Source: Acidobacteriota bacterium
GTDB taxonomy: Bacteria; Acidobacteriota; Vicinamibacteria; Vicinamibacterales; UBA2999
Assembly: GCA_027622905.1 (NCBI GenBank)
Contig: JAQBVV010000003.1
Coordinates: 1 to 60,516 of the forward strand
DNA: 60,516 nt
Direction of reading: 5' to 3'
Below, one piece after another: positions 18,987-28,879 of this stretch. The position numbers and the translations under genes were made by a program. The notes under the pieces are model-generated. The model saw nothing but the letters and a program-made list of their open reading frames with translations, was not told the DNA's origin and made no database searches. How positions within the stretch are numbered: the stretch's first letter is position 1; each line of letters begins with the position of its first letter.

Positions 18987-20471
18987 ATGGGCATTCGCCG
19001 CCTGCTGACATCACTTCGGGCATTGGTGGCGATGCCCGACCGTCTGTCTCGCGATCTTCGTCACCTCAAGAGCGACCTCGGCAGCACGATTGCGGAAGCG
19101 AATCAGCGGACCGCGGAGACGAGCGAACGGACGGCGAGGAAACATCAGGTCGATATCAGCGCACTTCGGAGCGAGCTGGCTGCCTTGCGTGCGGAGGTGG
19201 GCGACCGTCTGCTGCAGAATCAGCTGCAACTCGGACGCCTCGCCACGCTCGTCAACTCTGGCGAAGAGGTCTTGCCTCTCGGCCGCCGTGTGCCGACCGC
19301 GGTGGCGCGCGTGCGGGCTCCCCAGGGCGTGTCGACGGCATCCGATCTCGCGGCCGGTACTTCAAATGAGTGGCTGGAGTTATCGGCCTGTCCGGCCTGC
19401 GGCACCGCCGAGCGAACGGTCGTCTGCGAGTGGAACAAGCTGGTGTTGCTGGAGACCGCTCCAGACGAACACGCGATGCGCTATGACTACGCGATCTGTC
19501 ATGGGTGCGGCATTCTGTACGCGACCCGACGACCGTTCGGACGACGGTATGGCTACCTTCTTGAACACTTTGAAGACGTCATCGACAAGAATGGTAAAAA
19601 TCCCCTCCTCAATCCCCATCCTCTGACCGACAAGGATCGCGATCGATACCGACAGCTCATTGCGCGCGGCGTGTTTGTGTCCGATCACGAGGACGGCGAT
19701 TACCTGTCAGGCGTTTTCAAGGACCGGTTCGCGAACGCGGGACACGTCGACATCCTCGGCTCGTTGCTCACGCCGCGCGGCGCCCGGGTGCTTGAGGTCA
19801 GGCCGCGAGCCGGCACCATCCTGGAGGGTCTCAGGCGTCACTACGGGGCGGACGTCTACGCGATGCCGATCTGGGAGAGTCAGCAGTTCATCTTGCGCGA
19901 ACTGTATGGCATCCAGACGTCTGAACTCATCGATTTCGACGACTTTGCCATTCCCTTCGACGAGCCGTTCGATCTCATTGTCTGCAACCACATGTTCAAC
20001 CACGCGGTTCGACTCGATCGGTTTCTCGCTGAGGTCAGGGGAGCCCTGAAACCTGGGGGACATCTGTATCTCTACAACGAGATCGATGACGGCGAGTTCT
20101 TGCAGAGTGGGCAGTCGATGATCGCGACGATGAATCCGCTGCATCTGCAAGCCTGCGATCGGCCATCGCTCGTACGTGCGGTCGCATCGTCCGGTTTCGA
20201 GCCTGTCTTCGTCAAGGGACGCGACAGGCGCAATTTCTGTCTGATGCGGCGGGTTGATGCGCCTGATTGGACGCCCGTACCGCAGGCGGACCTCGGGAAG
20301 CGCATCGACCTGTACCGGCGCGCGCGCGACCGCGCAGTACTGCGCGCGCCCGAAGGCCTTCGTGCCAGGTTCGCGGATGTGTGGCCGGTCACCGTGGAGC
20401 GTGCCGTCGCGTCCGGTGTCGCTCGTTTTGACGACGAAGGCCAGCTCAGAATCGTGAAGCAGTACGAATAA
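18987..20471 (+). CDS. Methyltransferase-fold protein with N-terminal coiled coil and Zn ribbon
   Basis: CPACG and CHGCG pairs, FDLIVCNHMFNH and LKPGGHLY. Motif I is atypical (VLEVRPRAG). Confidence 0.7.
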   Translation: MGIRRLLTSLRALVAMPDRLSRDLRHLKSDLGSTIAEANQRTAETSERTARKHQVDISALRSELAALRAEVGDRLLQNQLQLGRLATLVNSGEEVLPLGRRVPTAVARVRAPQGVSTASDLAAGTSNEWLELSACPACGTAERTVVCEWNKLVLLETAPDEHAMRYDYAICHGCGILYATRRPFGRRYGYLLEHFEDVIDKNGKNPLLNPHPLTDKDRDRYRQLIARGVFVSDHEDGDYLSGVFKDRFANAGHVDILGSLLTPRGARVLEVRPRAGTILEGLRRHYGADVYAMPIWESQQFILRELYGIQTSELIDFDDFAIPFDEPFDLIVCNHMFNHAVRLDRFLAEVRGALKPGGHLYLYNEIDDGEFLQSGQSMIATMNPLHLQACDRPSLVRAVASSGFEPVFVKGRDRRNFCLMRRVDAPDWTPVPQADLGKRIDLYRRARDRAVLRAPEGLRARFADVWPVTVERAVASGVARFDDEGQLRIVKQYE

Positions 20472-20499
20472 AAGCCTGTTCGCCGGCCCCTCCTTACGT

Positions 20500-22266
20500 T
20501 CATCGGAAACAGGGCAGCCCGAATTCCTCGTCGGTTCCGCTGGGAGGTCGGGCGGTCTCGGCGAAGACAATGAACCGTGGCTCACCATCCACCGAGATCA
20601 CCCCGGCCCGTTGGTAATGCGTGGACACGTATTCCCACAGCAGCGGATAGTCCGTGACGAATGCCTCTTCGAACTCTTCGTAGTTAGCGAGCACGATCGG
20701 CACCGACTGTCGCTCTAACTTTTCCAGCGCGCGCCGCTGGTCGAAGTCCGATGTGTAGAACGAGAAGGCCATCTTTGATTGCCCCGCTGCGAACGGACGG
20801 CGGGCCAGCACTGATACTTCCGGCGCATACCCGGCAACCATGAGATGGTCCTCGTTGCGAGTACATTCCGCGACGTATCGCGCGACCCGGAGCGTGCCGG
20901 CAATCTCGCCACCGTGCCACGCCTCTGGCGGCAGGCTCAGGAGCTCTTCCCTGACCGCGGCGGACCGGTAGGCCATTTGATCGCGGGACCGCGAGAGGCC
21001 GCCCGCGTAGAGTTCGGCCGGCACCTCACCGACAATCCACATCGCGCCGAGCATCGATACCAGGAGCGCCGTGGTCGGCGCCGCTGCCAGCAGCCGGTAC
21101 GTGCGCGCCTGAAATACGGCTGTAGCGCCAACGCACCAGGCCCCGAGCAAGGCCACCGGCACGATCGCGTCGCCGAACCTCGCCGGCAGGTTGGATCGGA
21201 GGAAGAAGAACGTGACCATGATCCCCATCGCCAGCAACCCGGCGCCCACCCCTCGCTCGACGGGCGTCGCCCGCGCAGTGCTCGCGGTCGTTCGCACGGC
21301 GAGCACAAGCGCACCCAGGGCGAGGAGCAGCCAGAACGCGTAGTACACGAACGGGACGAGGTTATCCACGCTGAAGAGCGACGCACCGTCAAACACGGGC
21401 CACGAAAGGTGAGTCCGCTCTTCCTCAAGACGACTGATCTCCATATTCCGTGCCAGGTACGAGGGGATGCCCTGATAAAACTGGACCCAGACTGCACCGG
21501 GTAGGAGAAGGACGGTTGTGATGGTCGCGTACATGCCGATGTGGCGGGTGATCGCCGGCCAGGCCCATGCGTCCCGCGCGACAAGGCCGACGATCGTCGC
21601 AGCCCCCAGGTAGACGCCGTAATCGTGCCTGAAGAGCGCGGCAAAGGCCGTAGCCGCGGCCGCGCACGACAGGCGTCGAGTTGTCGGGTTACCGACTGCT
21701 CCACGAAGGGCCAGCACGCCCAGCGTCAGGGTCAGAACCTTGGTGTAGTTGTACAGCTTCGGGCCGGTGGCGACGACCAGTAGCACCACGAGCAACGCAA
21801 TGAGCCAGCGCCGCGACAGATCCAGGGCCAGGAGGAATACCAGTGCCGCGGAAAAGGCGAGCGCCCCGACGGTCAGGTAGGCCTCCGACAACATGTTGCG
21901 CCCGCCGATCTTCTGCGCCCATGCCGGCACGGCGTAGCTCAGCGCCGGCCAGGCACCCCTGAGCTCGACATCCACGAAGTCGCGCAGGGGTTGCTCTCCC
22001 CGAAGGAGCATTTCCGATCGCATCAGGATGTCGTAGTGATCGTTGTCGAATCCACCGAGCGACCCGCCAAGCATGTTGAATCGGTAGGTGAATGCCGCTC
22101 CGGCGACCAGGCACGCCAGGAGGACCGCCAGGCATACGCGCCAGGGGCGCCACCAGCCGGCACTGGGGGCGACGAAACGGCCGTCGCCTGTTGCTGTTGA
22201 GTTATGCACGGGTGCCCCCGCGCCACACGAAGCCCGGGTGTGGCGTCGCGATCGCGGCGATGTCAC
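20500..22266 (-). CDS. Polytopic membrane protein, probable GT-C glycosyltransferase (start uncertain)
   Basis: Acidic loop GGFDNDHY after TM1, PLRDF and FRHDYG segments, many TM helices and a soluble C-terminal domain. Confidence 0.6.
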   Translation of the reverse strand: MTSPRSRRHTRASCGAGAPVHNSTATGDGRFVAPSAGWWRPWRVCLAVLLACLVAGAAFTYRFNMLGGSLGGFDNDHYDILMRSEMLLRGEQPLRDFVDVELRGAWPALSYAVPAWAQKIGGRNMLSEAYLTVGALAFSAALVFLLALDLSRRWLIALLVVLLVVATGPKLYNYTKVLTLTLGVLALRGAVGNPTTRRLSCAAAATAFAALFRHDYGVYLGAATIVGLVARDAWAWPAITRHIGMYATITTVLLLPGAVWVQFYQGIPSYLARNMEISRLEEERTHLSWPVFDGASLFSVDNLVPFVYYAFWLLLALGALVLAVRTTASTARATPVERGVGAGLLAMGIMVTFFFLRSNLPARFGDAIVPVALLGAWCVGATAVFQARTYRLLAAAPTTALLVSMLGAMWIVGEVPAELYAGGLSRSRDQMAYRSAAVREELLSLPPEAWHGGEIAGTLRVARYVAECTRNEDHLMVAGYAPEVSVLARRPFAAGQSKMAFSFYTSDFDQRRALEKLERQSVPIVLANYEEFEEAFVTDYPLLWEYVSTHYQRAGVISVDGEPRFIVFAETARPPSGTDEEFGLPCFR

Positions 22267-22446
22267 CCGTCGGCGCCAGGCAGTTGAGGCGGCCGCCCGG
22301 CATCGTCAGTCGGCTGGTTGTTGATGTTCTCAACTCGAACAGGCTGGTCACTGAGGTTAGACGCGCGTTTGGCCAAGTGCCCAGGAGTCCCGGTGACGGC
22401 TCCTGCCAGCGAAGACCGCGCACCCACCGGTTCTCATCGTGACAGT

Positions 22447-22452
22447 TATAAT
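22447..22452 (+). promoter_or_regulatory. Candidate -10 box upstream of wzt, in a divergent intergenic region
   Basis: Perfect TATAAT in GC-rich DNA about 57 nt upstream of the ATG. No clear -35. Confidence 0.4.
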
Positions 22453-22509
22453 CGATCACGTGCTTCGCCCGGGCGTTCGAGATCGAGGGCCGGCACGTCT
22501 CAGCTTCCT

Positions 22510-23784
22510 ATGGACAGTCTAGTCGTCGAGGATCTCGGTAAACGATACATCGTGGCGTCCAAGAAGGCAGCGGCCGAGAGGCCGAGGCCGACCCTGAATC
22601 TTGGTGTCGCCCGACTTCCGCTGCCGAGGATATCACTGCCGGGGCGACCGGCTGCGGGGAACGAGCTGTGGGCTCTGCGCCATGCAACGTTCTCCGTGCC
22701 GCAGGGCACCTTGCTGGGAATTATCGGCCCGAACGGAGCAGGGAAATCAACGCTGCTCAAGATTCTGGCTCGCGTCACCAGGCCGACCGAAGGACGGGTG
22801 ACCGGTCATGGGCGGGTGGTGTCCCTGCTGGAACTGGGCGCCGGATTCAACCCCGATTTTTCTGCCCACGACAACATCCTGATGAACGCCGCGATGCATG
22901 GCATCTCTCGCCGCGAAGCGCTCGAACGCATGCCCGAGATCATCGAGTTCGCCGAACTGGAGGATTTCACGGACAATCCGGTGCGGCAGTATTCCAGCGG
23001 CATGTACCTGCGGCTGGCGTTCTCGGTCGCCATCAACATGCAGCCCGATGTTCTGCTGGCTGACGAGATCCTGGCTGTGGGTGACATGGCGTTCCAGGAG
23101 CGGTGTCTGGATCGTGTCGCGCAGGAGGCGGAGCGCGGTCTCACGGTGTTGTTTGTCTCTCACGACATGTCCGCGGTGTCGCGACTCTGTCACCGGATTA
23201 TCTGGCTGGATAAGGGGCAGATCGCGGGTGACGGTGAGCCGGAGAAGGTGGTCGCCGAGTACGAAGAGGCGGCGCTGGGCAAAGGATCCGGCGAGGTGGC
23301 CTTCGGAGCTCGGTCCGGTCGCCATGCGAACGTCACGGCCGAGATCGCCTCCGTCCGGCTGCTGAACGCACGAGGCGAGGAAATCGGAGCCGCGCCGACG
23401 GTCGAGGATGTGTTCGTACGGATACGGCTGAAGAATCGAAAGCCTGGCGCCGCAATTCGAGGAGTCGTCGATGTCTACTCCAAGCGGTTTCTGGTGTTTC
23501 GTTCGGCGCAGGCAGAAGACGTCGTCGTGGAACGCCGCGGGGTCGTCGATCTCCTCATGAAGATCCCCGCACATCTGCTGGCGGAGACTTCGTATACGGT
23601 GAACGTCACGGTATACACCTTCTCCGTCAAGGAGTCGAAGGTCGTCCTGAACAACGCGCTCACCTTCTTGGCGTACGGGCACGATTCTGGTGGCCAGCTC
23701 AAGCGGGGCGCGATCGCGCCACGTCTGGACTGGAGTGCCCACGTTCATCAACGAATCCCCAAGAAGCGCGCATCCGTTGTCTGA
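22510..23784 (+). CDS. wzt: Polysaccharide ABC exporter ATP-binding subunit with C-terminal carbohydrate-binding (Wzt_C-like) extension
   Basis: Walker A GPNGAGKST, LLELGAGF, signature YSSGMYLRLAF, Walker B LLADEILAVGD and VSHD. About 150 aa of C-terminal beta-rich extension. Confidence 0.92.
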   Translation: MDSLVVEDLGKRYIVASKKAAAERPRPTLNLGVARLPLPRISLPGRPAAGNELWALRHATFSVPQGTLLGIIGPNGAGKSTLLKILARVTRPTEGRVTGHGRVVSLLELGAGFNPDFSAHDNILMNAAMHGISRREALERMPEIIEFAELEDFTDNPVRQYSSGMYLRLAFSVAINMQPDVLLADEILAVGDMAFQERCLDRVAQEAERGLTVLFVSHDMSAVSRLCHRIIWLDKGQIAGDGEPEKVVAEYEEAALGKGSGEVAFGARSGRHANVTAEIASVRLLNARGEEIGAAPTVEDVFVRIRLKNRKPGAAIRGVVDVYSKRFLVFRSAQAEDVVVERRGVVDLLMKIPAHLLAETSYTVNVTVYTFSVKESKVVLNNALTFLAYGHDSGGQLKRGAIAPRLDWSAHVHQRIPKKRASVV

Positions 23785-24631
23785 GCGAGCCGCCGAGTGG
23801 GTCATCGCGGCCGACGCCCGCGACCGGGTTGGCGACCGTGCCGCTGAAGTGTGGCAGTACCGTCAGATTCTCTGGTTCTTCTCTCTCAAGGCCCTGCGGA
23901 CGCTGTACTCGAAAACCCATCTCGGCGTCTGGTGGATATTTCTTCGCACGCTGATACCACTGCTGGTGGGCAGCTTCGTCTATGGTTCGGTGATGAACAT
24001 CGCGTCGGGCGGTGTGCCGTACCTGGTCTTCTTTCTCGCCGGCCAGGTCCCGTGGAGCTGTTTCGACGGACCGCTTGTGCGCGGGAGTCGCGGTCTCGAA
24101 ATCAACAGGCAGCTTCTCGTCAAGCTCTACGTTCCGAGGATTATTCTGCCGCTGGGCGGAATGACACCTGGCCTCGTCGAGCCCGCCATCGTGGGCGTCG
24201 TTCTGCTCTGTACGTTGGCGTACTACCGCATCAACGAGGGCATATGGTACGTATCCTCGGATCCGCGGCCTCTGGTAGCGGTAGCAGCGATGGTCCTCGT
24301 ACTCGCGTTCACCTTTTCTGTGACGCTCTTCACGTCGGTTTGGCAAGCTCGGGCGCGTGATGCACGGTTCGTGTTGCGCTATGTGGTCGGATTCTGGGTG
24401 TTCTTCACGCCTGTGATCTACCCGTTGTCGCAAGTACCGGCTGAGCTTCGCTGGCTGATGCACTTGAATCCGCTGACGGCACCTGTCGAGACCTTCAAGT
24501 GGGCGGTCCTGCCGGGGCTGGAGCACTCATGGGCGTGGTTGTGCTACACCGCGGCGATCACCGTCGTGATGTTTCTCGCCGGCGTTCGGTTCTTCATGAG
24601 GGCTGAGAGCGAGACGATGGACAAGATATGA
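23777..24631 (+). CDS. wzm: Polysaccharide ABC exporter permease 1
   Basis: YSKTHLGVWW, KLYVPR, ARDA, TPVIYPLS and LNPL (ABC-2 type). TTG start overlaps the end of wzt. Confidence 0.88.
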   Translation: MSERAAEWVIAADARDRVGDRAAEVWQYRQILWFFSLKALRTLYSKTHLGVWWIFLRTLIPLLVGSFVYGSVMNIASGGVPYLVFFLAGQVPWSCFDGPLVRGSRGLEINRQLLVKLYVPRIILPLGGMTPGLVEPAIVGVVLLCTLAYYRINEGIWYVSSDPRPLVAVAAMVLVLAFTFSVTLFTSVWQARARDARFVLRYVVGFWVFFTPVIYPLSQVPAELRWLMHLNPLTAPVETFKWAVLPGLEHSWAWLCYTAAITVVMFLAGVRFFMRAESETMDKI

Positions 24632-25470
24632 ACGGGCGGTGGGAGGTGTCGCCCCAGTCCCCTGGCGTAGCCGCGACGATCGGCGAGGTCTGGCAGCACC
24701 GAGGACTCCTTCGCTTTGTTGGCGATCGGGCCCTTCGAAAGACGTATCGACGTACTGTGCTCGGCTGGCTCTGGCTGTTCATCAATCCGCTGTTCCCGCT
24801 TGCGCTGCGCGCCCTCGTGTTCGGAGCGCTGCTTGGAGTAGGCTCGGATGGCCTTCCGTATTTCCTGTTCCTGCTCGCCGGCACGGTTGTCTGGGAGGTG
24901 TTTTCCACGAGTGTCATGTGGGGCACACGCTCACTGGAGATGAACCGCGATCTGTACGGGCAGGTCTACCATCCTCGCGCGATTCTGCCATTCGGCAACA
25001 TGACACCGTCGATGCTCAATCTGGCGCTCAAAATAGGCATCTTCGCGCTGGCGCTGGCGTATTACACCGTGCGTGACGATCGTGTGTACCTGCGCGGGGA
25101 TTGGGGACTGCTGCTGGCTGTCGGGGCCCTCCTGCTCGCGTTTCTGTTTGCGCTGGCCTTGTCGTTCTTCACGTCCATCTGGGGAGAAAAGACACGCGAC
25201 ATGCGATTCGCGCTCGGTGGATTCATGGGCGTGTGGTACCTCCTGACACCGGTCATGTACCCGCTGTCGCAGGTGCCAGCGGAGTATCAGGGTTGGATGT
25301 TGCTCAATCCCCTCGCGATCATCGTTGAGACCTTCAAGTGGGGGTTGTTTGGAGTCGGGGCGTTCTACGGCGACGCGTTCGCCGGTACGGCCTTAGGTGT
25401 CCTGCTCCTGCTCCTCGGCGGGTTGACCTATTTCACGCGAAGAGAGGCGCGCGTTGTCGCGGAGCGCTAG
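24628..25470 (+). CDS. wzm: Polysaccharide ABC exporter permease 2
   Basis: YRRTVLGWLW, QVYHPR, TRDM, TPVMYPLS and LNPL. ATGA overlap with permease 1. Confidence 0.88.
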   Translation: MNGRWEVSPQSPGVAATIGEVWQHRGLLRFVGDRALRKTYRRTVLGWLWLFINPLFPLALRALVFGALLGVGSDGLPYFLFLLAGTVVWEVFSTSVMWGTRSLEMNRDLYGQVYHPRAILPFGNMTPSMLNLALKIGIFALALAYYTVRDDRVYLRGDWGLLLAVGALLLAFLFALALSFFTSIWGEKTRDMRFALGGFMGVWYLLTPVMYPLSQVPAEYQGWMLLNPLAIIVETFKWGLFGVGAFYGDAFAGTALGVLLLLLGGLTYFTRREARVVAER

Positions 25471-25542
25471 GACGATGCACGACTGCCTGCGCTATGACGA
25501 GGACTGGTGCGCCTGTGGCTCGGTCGTGTCGCCGCGAGTCGC

Positions 25543-27057
25543 ATGAAACGGTGGACGCTTGCGCTGGCCGCGCTGCTGGTGCTCGCGGCGGTGTTCGTCG
25601 AGGTCACCATCATTCCTCCCCGCGTCACCGTGCGCTGGCAAGACGACGTGAGCGCGGGTGAACGGGCGGAACTGGAAGGGCGCTACCGGCTCGAGTCGGG
25701 GAGATTCATCGAAGGGACCACCTGGCGGTACGAGCTATTCGATCGTTCGCGTGAGAACGTGCGGGCCATCGTGACCGACCCCGCCGTTGACGACACCGGC
25801 TACATCGATCGACCGACCTTCGAGGCGCCCGGATGGGGGATCGACGTGAGTGTCGACCGTGCTCGCTTCCTGATCGGATCGACGCCCACCCAGCTGATTC
25901 AGCCTCAAAGCGTGCTGCTCTTCGCTATTGGATTGACGCTTCTCTGGGGCGCCGGCATTGCCACGTACGGCGGCAGGCGCGCGCTGGGCGTTGCGGTGCT
26001 GCTCACCGTTGCTGTGGGTGCATATCTGGTCCCGTTGCGCCAGCCGATCCGGATGGGTGATTCAGGAACGTATGTCGATAGTCGGGAACTATTCGAGACG
26101 TACAGCGGTGTACGGCAGATACGGTTCGAGGCTCACCTGTCGCATGCGATCCTGGGTCGTCTCGACCAGGCCTTCGGCAGCACCGACCAGGCCCCTGGGC
26201 AAGCGCTCGATTGGCTGATGCGGGGCGCGACCGCGTGGTTCGTGCTATCCGCCCTGGCGATCGGTGCGATCGAGCGCTGGTCGGCGGTGGTCCTGCGTTA
26301 TCTCGCACTGGCGCTGCTGGCGCCCTCGACGCTTCTCTACTTCGGCTACCGCGAGCTTGGACACCTGTCGCTGAGCATCGCGGCATTTCCGCTCATTCTG
26401 CGGGGGCTGCAGACTGGCGGCAGGCGTCTTGAAGCGGGAAGCGTGCTGAGTGGACTCGGTGCCGCGCTGCATGGTTTCGGCTTGTTGTCCCTGGCGGGTT
26501 CCGGGCTCGCTGCGTGTGCCGTCCGTGCGCGTGCGGCTGACCGCGTTCGAATGATCCTGCGCTTTTCGGTTTGGGGGACAGCCGCCTATCTTGGTTGGGT
26601 AGCGGTGTATCTGATCGTCTTCAATCTTCCCCTTGTCCCTGGGCATTCGGAGGCGATTCCCTGGAGACCTTGGCTGACCGACGAGGTGACGGACCGCATC
26701 AACGTTGCGATCCTGTCGATCACCGGGGGGCGTGACCTGCTCTTCAGCGCGTGGGCGGTCGGGGTGCCTCTGGTGGTCGTCGCGGCGGGCATGTGGCGTG
26801 AGAGGCGGGAGGAGGTGCGTGCAGCACTCTTGTACGCGGTTCCGTCGCTGATCTTTCTGGTGCTCTTTTGGCCGATCCAGGGTCTCGGCATGGAAATGGA
26901 CCTGGTGTTTGCCGCATTCCCGGCTGTCTACGCACTCGCGTGGGTGTGCGCTCACGACGAGAAGCGAACCGCGATTGCGGCGGTGTTGCTGGTCTCAGCT
27001 CACGTGGCGTTCTGGCGCATCGTGCTCGGTATCGACTTCCTCAATTCACGGCTGTGA
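25543..27057 (+). CDS. Polytopic membrane protein (GT-C-like) with N-terminal shared VRW...DPxVxDT domain; start 25507 or 25543
   Basis: Shared domain at about 25624-25812, a MGDSGTY loop and many TM helices. Confidence 0.65.
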   Translation: MKRWTLALAALLVLAAVFVEVTIIPPRVTVRWQDDVSAGERAELEGRYRLESGRFIEGTTWRYELFDRSRENVRAIVTDPAVDDTGYIDRPTFEAPGWGIDVSVDRARFLIGSTPTQLIQPQSVLLFAIGLTLLWGAGIATYGGRRALGVAVLLTVAVGAYLVPLRQPIRMGDSGTYVDSRELFETYSGVRQIRFEAHLSHAILGRLDQAFGSTDQAPGQALDWLMRGATAWFVLSALAIGAIERWSAVVLRYLALALLAPSTLLYFGYRELGHLSLSIAAFPLILRGLQTGGRRLEAGSVLSGLGAALHGFGLLSLAGSGLAACAVRARAADRVRMILRFSVWGTAAYLGWVAVYLIVFNLPLVPGHSEAIPWRPWLTDEVTDRINVAILSITGGRDLLFSAWAVGVPLVVVAAGMWRERREEVRAALLYAVPSLIFLVLFWPIQGLGMEMDLVFAAFPAVYALAWVCAHDEKRTAIAAVLLVSAHVAFWRIVLGIDFLNSRL

Positions 27058-28503
27058 CGGAGCGTGCTTCGGTGATCGGCCGAAGCCGCGCGTGAGCGCA
27101 GCGCGTAACGCCATGCGCGCGGGGTAGTGCCAGAGCGGTGTCCGACGCGGACGCTTCCTGATGGCCGCCACGTGTTCGATCTCCTCCGCCAGTATCGAGG
27201 CAACCGGCCGGTCAAGACCACGCGGTCGGACGAATGTTTCGATGAAGCGCCGGATGCGATCCGCGCTCGCCTCGGGGTTCGCAAGTCCATTGGCTACCTG
27301 CAAGAGATGTTCATGTAGCGTGGCGGCAACTTCGACCGGGCCGCCGTTTCTCGCGAGCAGATAATGGAAGTGCAGCGTCTGCTCCTGGCCGCCCGCGAAC
27401 TCCTGCGTCTGGATCGCATACACAGGTTTACCGAGGATTCCAGCTTCGATCATGGCACTGGTATTGAGTCCTGCGACCGCGGCCGAGTAGTACAGGGCAT
27501 CGTAGAGGGCGGGGTCGGCCTGGACCTTCGCCGGCTCTGGCCAGACAGCTGCGTTCTCGCTGTCGCCGAAGCGAATGTCCGACCATGATTCGGCATTTGC
27601 TGGATGGGGGCGAACGAGCACGCCGCATGCGGCGACCGCTGGATCCTGTGCTCCCCGTACCGCGCTCACCCACTCCCGAGCAAACGCCGCTTCATTGGGT
27701 GCCACGAAGCGGGACGAGCAGAGGTAGAGGAGAAACGGTCGTGAGGGATCGAGGCCAGCTCGCCGACAGAACTCTTCGCGTGAACTGGACGGGCCCATCT
27801 CGAAGAAGTCGTCGAAGCGAGCGGCGCCCGTCACGACGATCCGGTTCTCGGGTACATCGTGATACGTGATGGCTTCGTTCTTCTGCGTCTCGTTCCACGC
27901 GAGCATCCGGTCGGGAGCGATACGTACCAGCCCCCTGTTTGTCAGGTTGTCCCAGCTGAACGGCAAGAACGCCACGGGGAGACCAAGTCGATGCGCGCTT
28001 TTGACGTAGTCCGTCTGGTACGACCCGAAGTCGATCAGCGGCGTCACGAGTACGACGTCAGGGGCATGAGACCGCAGGTACAACTCGTAGTAGCGCTCGC
28101 TCGGGACGAGGTCTTCGGCAGTTTCAAGCGCTCGTTTGATCCACCTTCGGCGACGACGCCAGGGCCCGCCGTCAGCCAGCCGTTCGGGCCATCCCGGTGG
28201 CGCGTAGGCGCGGGCCCGTTCAGCAAGCTTGTTCGCATGTGCATATCCAGGTCCGAGATACCGCAGGTAATCACGAGCCTGGCGCAGAGGCCGGACCAGT
28301 GGCTCCCACTCGTCGGTGCGCCGCACCGGATTGGTGACCACGTCCACGCGTGGATTGTCGCGAAAGTCCCCGAGCTTCAGCGGCTTGTTCCGTTTGTGGG
28401 CGGCGCACACCGTGACGTCGTGCCCGCGATCCGTTAAGGCCTGAATCACCCGGTCGAAGTGGCGCGTCTTTCCGAGGTTATGTGCGAGAAATAGGACTCT
28501 CAT
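27046..28503 (-). CDS. Family A GT-B-like protein (inverted copy)
   Basis: SWDNLTNRG, VRPHP, GLNTSAMIEAG and QEQTLHFHYL are shared with six paralogs. Confidence 0.8.
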   Translation of the reverse strand: MRVLFLAHNLGKTRHFDRVIQALTDRGHDVTVCAAHKRNKPLKLGDFRDNPRVDVVTNPVRRTDEWEPLVRPLRQARDYLRYLGPGYAHANKLAERARAYAPPGWPERLADGGPWRRRRRWIKRALETAEDLVPSERYYELYLRSHAPDVVLVTPLIDFGSYQTDYVKSAHRLGLPVAFLPFSWDNLTNRGLVRIAPDRMLAWNETQKNEAITYHDVPENRIVVTGAARFDDFFEMGPSSSREEFCRRAGLDPSRPFLLYLCSSRFVAPNEAAFAREWVSAVRGAQDPAVAACGVLVRPHPANAESWSDIRFGDSENAAVWPEPAKVQADPALYDALYYSAAVAGLNTSAMIEAGILGKPVYAIQTQEFAGGQEQTLHFHYLLARNGGPVEVAATLHEHLLQVANGLANPEASADRIRRFIETFVRPRGLDRPVASILAEEIEHVAAIRKRPRRTPLWHYPARMALRAALTRGFGRSPKHAPSQP

Positions 28504-28879
28504 CGTGGCGTCATGTCCCCCGGTATCGTTTGGTATGCGTGCGATGGGTAATGGATCGCCGTGAGCGTTCGCACGATGGTCAGTTTATTCGATGGCGAAT
28601 GGTGCGAGATGCATGGCGACCTGATGTTGTATCTTGGTCGAAAGGACGCTGGCGGATGACGCGATGACCCAAGTGGTGTGCGCCGTGCCGACCGCGGTGC
28701 GTGTGACCGCAGGGCGCGGTGCCGTGTCCAGCGTGGAACGGGTAACGCGGACAGCGACACGACCATCGTCGTGATGGCTGAGGTAGGCCTTCTGAGATTC
28801 CGATGAAGGGTGCACTGGTGTCGCGACGGCACCCTGGGATCATGAGGGGCATGCCGACAGCGTGATAAACGTCAGGACT

